Positions 51,800 to 57,454 of a stretch of 57,454 nt of DNA are shown here, one piece after another. Position numbers and translations under genes: made by a program. Position 1 is the stretch's first letter; each line of letters begins with the position of its first letter. The notes beneath the pieces are model-generated. The model was not told the origin of the DNA and did no database searches. It saw only the letters and a program-made list of their open reading frames with translations. Origin of the DNA: Octopus sinensis (lineage: Eukaryota); assembly GCF_006345805.1 (NCBI RefSeq), contig NW_021834416.1, forward strand, positions 1 to 57,454, read 5' to 3'.

Positions 51800-52476
51800 A
51801 CAACTTGATCCTTAATATTGGACTGCTTGATAATGAAACTACAAGTGATTTGGTTTTCTGTAATTCACTTCAGAACGTAACTGCCACTATCCCATTTTGA
51901 GCAGGCAAGTTTTGATCAAGATTTCTCCAATTGCTTTTGTTTTCTTTGTATTTTCTCATTCTCTTTTATTCATTTATCTATTTATTTTGCTTTTCTATCA
52001 CTTGTGTTGTAACATAGAAATTTTCAATAACCAATAGACTTACTTCTTGACTACTCCTGTTAAATGTAGCTTTGTTGTTTAAAGAGCAAATCCATGAGGT
52101 TAAAGACACTTTTCTACTTTGTCCTTGCGTTGAGAATGAACAAATTGTGCTTTAACTATGGTAGTTCTACAGAATCATTTGACAAAATTTCTCGCATTCT
52201 TCAAAACATTATAAACATTAAGCTGTACTGAATATACGATCAATGTATTCTCTTATTTTTGACTCTCGTGATAAGCTCAAAATTGTGCGAATAAAAAATA
52301 AGAATAGGTTATAAATATCTAGAAATGAAATAATTTTACAGATAAAAATAAAATTTGATATTTATCGTCGTCATGCTTAATTTGATTATTGAATGTAACA
52401 TTAAATTGTAAACAAACTACAATCCCACAGAATGAGAATAAGAGAGACCACCCTCTGGTTGTTTTTCATGAATTTT

Positions 52477-52514
<38 letters not shown>

Positions 52515-52540
52515 CGTGTATATGTATGTATGTATGTTTG

Positions 52541-52572
<32 letters not shown>

Positions 52573-52711
52573 AACATGCACATATCTTTTACTATTTTTT
52601 TGTGAAAAACAGCTCATCGATGAACGTTATGGTTTACTTCTACTGCTACCAAATCTAAATCACACTAATAACAGAGGAAAACCCCTCTTCAAACAATGTC
52701 ATATTTATACA

Positions 52712-52798
52712 CCCTGAAGAGATCCGACTAATAACGCATGAATCGCTGCATAGAAATATACAACAATATTTATATAATGCGATCGAAACACGTGTCGG
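52712..52798 (+). ncRNA. Type I hammerhead-like motif with canonical core and long stem II loop
   Basis: CC-CTGAAGA-GATC-[56 nt]-GATC-GAAA-CACGTGTC-GG; palindromic stem III ACACGUGU; stem I only 2 bp. Confidence 0.55.
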
Positions 52799-53061
52799 AC
52801 AATTATTATGAATAAACCAACTGTAAATAAACATAAATTTTGAATGTTCCAATTCTTTATTCTCCTTTTTATCAATATATATATATATATATGAAAGAAT
52901 GGAGTTGAACGACGAATTAACAAAATTCCTTTATTTTCGACATATGTTTCGAAGGCTGCATATTCCTGTCTTCTCTGATGTGAATTTGCTACCCAGATAT
53001 CGGTTAACCGAATTATCCATAACAAGATAATTCATTCAACTACTCAAATACTTATATATAT

Positions 53062-53338
53062 ATTTATGCGCCCTTTTCAAGCCTAGCCAGGTTTCCCGGT
53101 TTCTATGGAATATGTGTTCTCCCCAATTGGACGGGACGCCAGTCCATCGCAACGTTACTCAAGAAATAGGAAGAAAGAGAGAAAGTTGGCGCGAAAGAGT
53201 ACAACAGGGATCGCCACCAGCCCCTGCCGGAGCCTCGTGGAGGTTTAGGTGTTTTCGTTCAGTAAACGAACACAACGCCCGGTGTGGGAATCAAAACCGC
53301 GAGTCCACTACCCTAACCATTGGGCCACTGTGTCCACA
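53062..53338 (-). mobile_element. Family C SINE
   Basis: Reverse complement of the 2918 copy, small deletion near the tail. Confidence 0.88.
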
Positions 53339-53372
53339 CACACACCACAACACATATATATAATATATATAT

Positions 53373-53562
53373 AGGAGAGTTTACGAAAAAAACAAAAGAC
53401 GAAGACAGGTGGTGTACCAAACAAATAGATGTATTAGTATAACGCTCAGGAATAGAAAAAAGCCTTTTACGTTTCGAGCCTACGCTCTTCTACAGAAAGG
53501 GACACAGGAAAACAAGGAGAGAAACAAGGAGAGAGAAAAAAATGGTGGAGTGGCTAGCGATC
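53373..53562 (-). mobile_element. Penelope-type LTR-like segment within (TA)n
   Basis: Second copy of 48146-48342. Confidence 0.7.
53463..53500 (-). ncRNA. Minimal type I hammerhead ribozyme motif, variant core (second copy)
   Basis: - strand CCTTT-CTGTAGA-A-GAGC(GTAG)GCTC-GAAA-C-GTA-AAAGG. Confidence 0.65.
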
Positions 53563-53641
53563 TATCATATATATATATATTATATATATATATATAATAT
53601 ATATATATATAATGTGTGTGTGTTCTTGTATATGTATGTCT

Positions 53642-54120
53642 ATAAACAAATCAACTTCTTGGACGTATCGCTAGATCTCAAGGCAGCCGAGTACTTTCCC
53701 TACAGAAAAACCCAACGAAGAAACTTTTCTAATACATAGGCACTCCCGCCACACTCCAACTATAAATAGAACTCTAAGTCAGAAACGTCAGTTGAATTTC
53801 TAATGTTTCAGTGGACTGAGAGAAAACCAACATGGTCGCACTCCACTATAACGAGGCTCTAGGGAGGAGCATAAAAGGGTCAGAGTAATACTTTAAATTT
53901 TAGATAGACATTACAAAATATCATTTTCCAACAATCCGGAAGAGGTAGTTCTCACTTGTCCTATATAGCAGAACGCTACACGGGAGAGTTAGGAATTTCC
54001 AGTACAAACTTTGCTCGGAGGAAACGTAACCACAAGCGGAAGGTATCCTGATGATTCCAAGGGGAAGGTCTAATTTTCTTATTAAATATCTTCCTTTAAT
54101 TATCGTGTTATACTTGTTTT
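53642..54120 (+). pseudogene. Penelope-like element RT C-terminal/linker relic
   Basis: Frameshifted KQINFLDVSLDL..EYFPYRK/PNEETFLIHRHSRHTPTI ... HYNEALGRS ... RRKRNHKRKVS**F resemble PLE motifs NFLDV, PYRKPN..YIH..SNHP, YNEAL..SG, KRKRNIIWFNP. Confidence 0.82.
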
Positions 54121-54454
54121 TATTATTTCCTTTTAATTTTTGTGGTTGATAAATTTTTAATTCATTCAAATTAAATACCATACACAGCCTGTTGCCATTC
54201 CTTCACCTTTGTATAAATTATTCGTCCCACCACAGACGATTTCGTAATCACCTTCTTTCATGCGTCCTTGTATTGTTCGCCTTTCATTCGTGTCCTTGTG
54301 CCAAATAAAGGGGAGATAATAATAATAATAACAATAATAATAATAATAATAATGATGATGATGATGATAATAATAATCATAATATATTATTATTTATTTG
54401 ATTATTTGTTGAGCATTCTCAGAAGCCACAAGCATAATCTATCAATGGAAAAAT

Positions 54455-55012
54455 AAAACAAGACGAAGAAGAAGAAAAAGAGAAGAAGAAGAAGAAAAAG
54501 AAAAAGAAGGGAAAAATAATAATAAGAAGAAAAAAGAAGAAGAAGAAAGAAGAATGAAGAAGAAGAAGGTGAAGAAGAAGAAAGAAGATAATGTGAAAGC
54601 GAAGAAGATAGAAGAAAGAGAAGGAGAGAAGAAAAAAGAAAAGAAGGTGAAACGAAGAAAGAGAGGGGAAGAAGAAGAAAAAGAGAAGGTAAGAAGAAGA
54701 AAACAAGAAGGTGAAGAAAGAAGAAAAAGAAGAAGAGAAAAAAAGAAAGAGAAGGTGAAGAAGAAGAAAGAGAAGGGGAAGAAGAAGAAGAAGAAAGAGA
54801 AGGTGAAGAAGAAGAAGAAAGAGAAGGGAAGAAGAAGAAAAAAGAGAAGGTGAAGAAGAAGAAGAAGAAGAAAGAGAAGGTGAAGAAGAAGAAAGAGAAG
54901 GGGAAGAAGAAGAAAAAAGAGAAGGTGAAGAAGAAGAAGAAGAAGAAAAAGAAGAAGAAAGAGAAGGTAAAGAAGAAGAAGAAAGAGAAGGTGAAGAAGA
55001 AGAAGAAAACCC
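54455..55012. repeat. ~560-bp (GAA)n-based homopurine tract
   Basis: Almost pure A/G on + strand with recurring AAAGAGAAGGTGAAGAAGAAG units. Confidence 0.95.
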
Positions 55013-55541
55013 AATTAAAATAAAACTAATTTATTTTGATATCTTCAAATAACAACAAAAACCAAAACCAAAAACAAGACGTGTGAAATATATATTTCTG
55101 GTGAGACAATCTATTGAGAAAGGCAAAGTTAGGCGGAAGGACTGACAGAGAAAACAACAACAACAACAACAACAACAGCAACAACGACTACTACTACTAC
55201 TACTACTTCTTCTATAGTTGTTATTTGCCGATGATTCTTGAGGGTGGGTATCATCGGCATGGTTATTATCGTTTTTTTTTTGGTAGTTGTAGTTGCTATT
55301 GTTATTATTGGTTGTTATTTTCGCTGGTGTTGTTGTTGTTGTTGCTGTTCGTTTTGGTCGTTGTAGTGTAAGTGCTGTTGATTTGACGTAAAATACAGAG
55401 CATAAAATGAAACCAATTTTTTTTTTCAGTTTGTTTCCGAAACTAACATGAATTTAAATATATAATGAGGATGTTTGTTTCCACAAGCAGTGGACTAAGT
55501 GCAGCGGTTCTAGACACAAAACCACACACACACACACACAC

Positions 55542-55590
<49 letters not shown>

Positions 55591-55659
55591 CACTCATGAA
55601 CACGCAAGCACACATATACATATAGACACCCACACATTGTATAATAGCATAACTGCAAA

Positions 55660-56076
55660 AAGGCGGCGAGTTGGCAGAAACGTTAGCACAACGGGCGAAA
55701 TGCTTAGCGGTATTCCGTCTGTCGTTACGTTCTGAGTTCAAATTCCGCCCAGGTCGACTTTGCTTTCATCATCCTTCGGGGTCGATTAAATAAAGTACCA
55801 GTTACGCATGGGGTCTATGTAATCGACTTAATCCGTTTGTCTGTCCTTTTTGTCCTTTCTGTGTTTAGCCCCTTGTGGGTAATAAAGAAATAGGTATTTC
55901 GTCTGTCGTTACGTTCTGAGTTCAAATTCCGCCGAGGTCGACTTTGCCTTTCATCATTTCGGGGTCGATAAATAAGTACCAGTTACGCACTGGAGTCAAA
56001 GTAATCGACTTAATCCCTTTGTCTGTCCTTGTTTGTCCCCGCGATGTTTGCTTGTTTTGTGGCAGTAAAGAAATAC
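55660..56076 (+). mobile_element. Family A SINE dimer
   Basis: Junction AAAGAAATA|GGTATTTCG at 55892/3; outer TSD ATAG(C/T)ATAACTG at 55644-55655 and 56077-56088. Confidence 0.9.
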
Positions 56077-56090
56077 ATAGTATAACTGAA

Positions 56091-56417
56091 GTGAAGTTGC
56101 GTAGCTTAGTGGTTAAAGTATTCGGCTGATGATCGTAAGATTGTGAGTTCAACTCCTGGCGATGCGTTGCGTACTTGTGCTAAACTCTTTATTTCGCGTT
56201 GCTCCAGTCCATTCAGCTGGCAAAAATGAGTAGTACCTGTACTTCAAAGGGCCAGCCTTGTCACACTCTGTGTTACACTGAATCACCTTCAGGACTTACG
56301 TTAAGGGTACACATGTCTGTGGAGAGCTCAGCCACTTGCACGTTAATTTCACCAGCAGGTTGTTCCGTTGGACGGATCAAATGGAACCCTCGCCGTCGTA
56401 TACGACGAAGTGCCAGT
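56091..56417 (+). mobile_element. Family D2 SINE
   Basis: tRNA-like head, CORE-like block, tail matching 23128-23280 in reverse complement. Confidence 0.85.
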
Positions 56418-56541
56418 CCAGTATAACTAAATCTATCTAGCTATCTACATGCATGTGTATACATATATACATACACACATACATGCATACATACATACAT
56501 GCATGCATGCATACATACATACATACATACATACATACATA

Positions 56542-56770
56542 GTGGAGGTACTTGGCCTAGTGGTTAGAGCAGCGGAGTCGCGGTCGAGGGATCGCGGGTT
56601 CGAATCTCAGACCGGGCGATGAGTGTGTTTATGAGCGAAACACCTAAGATCTATGCGGCTGTGGCAGAAGGTAATGGCGAACTTCTGCTGACTCTTTCGC
56701 CATAACTTTCTCTCATTTGGTCCGACTAACGGAACAACGTGCTGGTGAAATTAACGGGCAAGTGGCTGAG
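56542..56770 (+). mobile_element. Family C SINE head fused to an inverted D2-type tail segment
   Basis: 56542-56715 family C; 56716-56770 is the reverse complement of 56327-56381. Confidence 0.8.
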
Positions 56771-56891
56771 TTATCAACGGTATCGCCATAAAAGAAGCGT
56801 TCAGCAAAAAAGAGACTAAATTCTCAGATACGAGACTAATAAAGCTACCGCCGATGGCGCCGCCGCCGACATACATACATATATACATTCA

Positions 56892-56933
<42 letters not shown>

Positions 56934-57454
56934 TGTATGTACGTGCGTGTGTATGTGTTTGTGTGTATGTGTTTGTGTGTGTGTGTTTGTGGGGGGTGTT
57001 TGTGTGTGTGTATGTGTATAGTGAGGGAGAGTGACAAAAGGAGAGATGAAGAAAGAGAGATTAAGAAAGGAGATGAGGAAATAGGAAAAGGGAAAAGAGA
57101 AAAAGAAAACTAGAAAAAAAAGTTACGTATTGGCTGTAATAAGAGAGGGAGAGAGGGGGGAGAAATAGCATTATTGATAGAGGGAAGGATCAGATAAAGA
57201 TTGATAGAGGAGGATGGAAAAAAGAAAGAGAAAGATAATAAAGTATAAGAGAAGAGGAGAGGATAAAGAGAAGAGCTAAATACATGTTGAGAAAATAACA
57301 CTAATAGAGAAAAATTGTGATCTAAATCCAAGTGGTCTGCATTTGAGAAATAATATGACAAACGACCACTGTCCGAAACGTCGAAATTTCTTCATTTTAC
57401 TCTTCACAATAAACTATGACCATTCGTTTCACGACTTTATTGTTAAAATGTTTT

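Noticed and set aside
54554-54853. Lys/Glu/Arg-rich 99-aa ORF resembling a protamine- or histone-like protein
   Set aside because: Lies wholly in the (GAA)n tract; no non-repetitive coding context or splice signals.
57352-57392. GAC-CACT-GTCC-GAAAC-GTC hammerhead-like 3' half
   Set aside because: The 5' core would need three substitutions and stem I does not pair; too weak to call.
1-57454. Long ORFs rich in YI, MYVC, HT, poly-T/S/N/D/V/L
   Set aside because: They are translations of di-, tri- and tetranucleotide microsatellites.

Overview
Eukaryotic, AT-rich, extremely repeat-dense DNA that reads as intronic or intergenic. The SINE families and microsatellite load point to a coleoid cephalopod, most likely Octopus (inference from pattern recognition, no database search). 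No complete protein-coding gene, rRNA, true tRNA gene or CRISPR array is supported; nearly all ORFs in the supplied track are translations of microsatellites or SINEs. Contents: more than 40 tRNA-derived SINE copies of about four modular families (my labels A-D), an unclassified repeat (label E), two decayed mariner transposons (one near full length and split by a SINE cluster), three pogo/Tigger-like MITEs, a non-autonomous Helitron, Penelope-like and RTE reverse-transcriptase relics, and Penelope-type LTR pieces. Most notable: (1) minimal hammerhead-ribozyme motifs, including two copies with a shared non-canonical CUGUNGA core and a compensatory stem I change; (2) SINE dimers and a trimer with a fixed, hairpin-forming junction, each enclosed by a single target-site duplication, so they inserted as multimers; (3) a ~490-bp fold-back inverted repeat. 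A few weak candidate plus-strand exons lie in non-repetitive islands.
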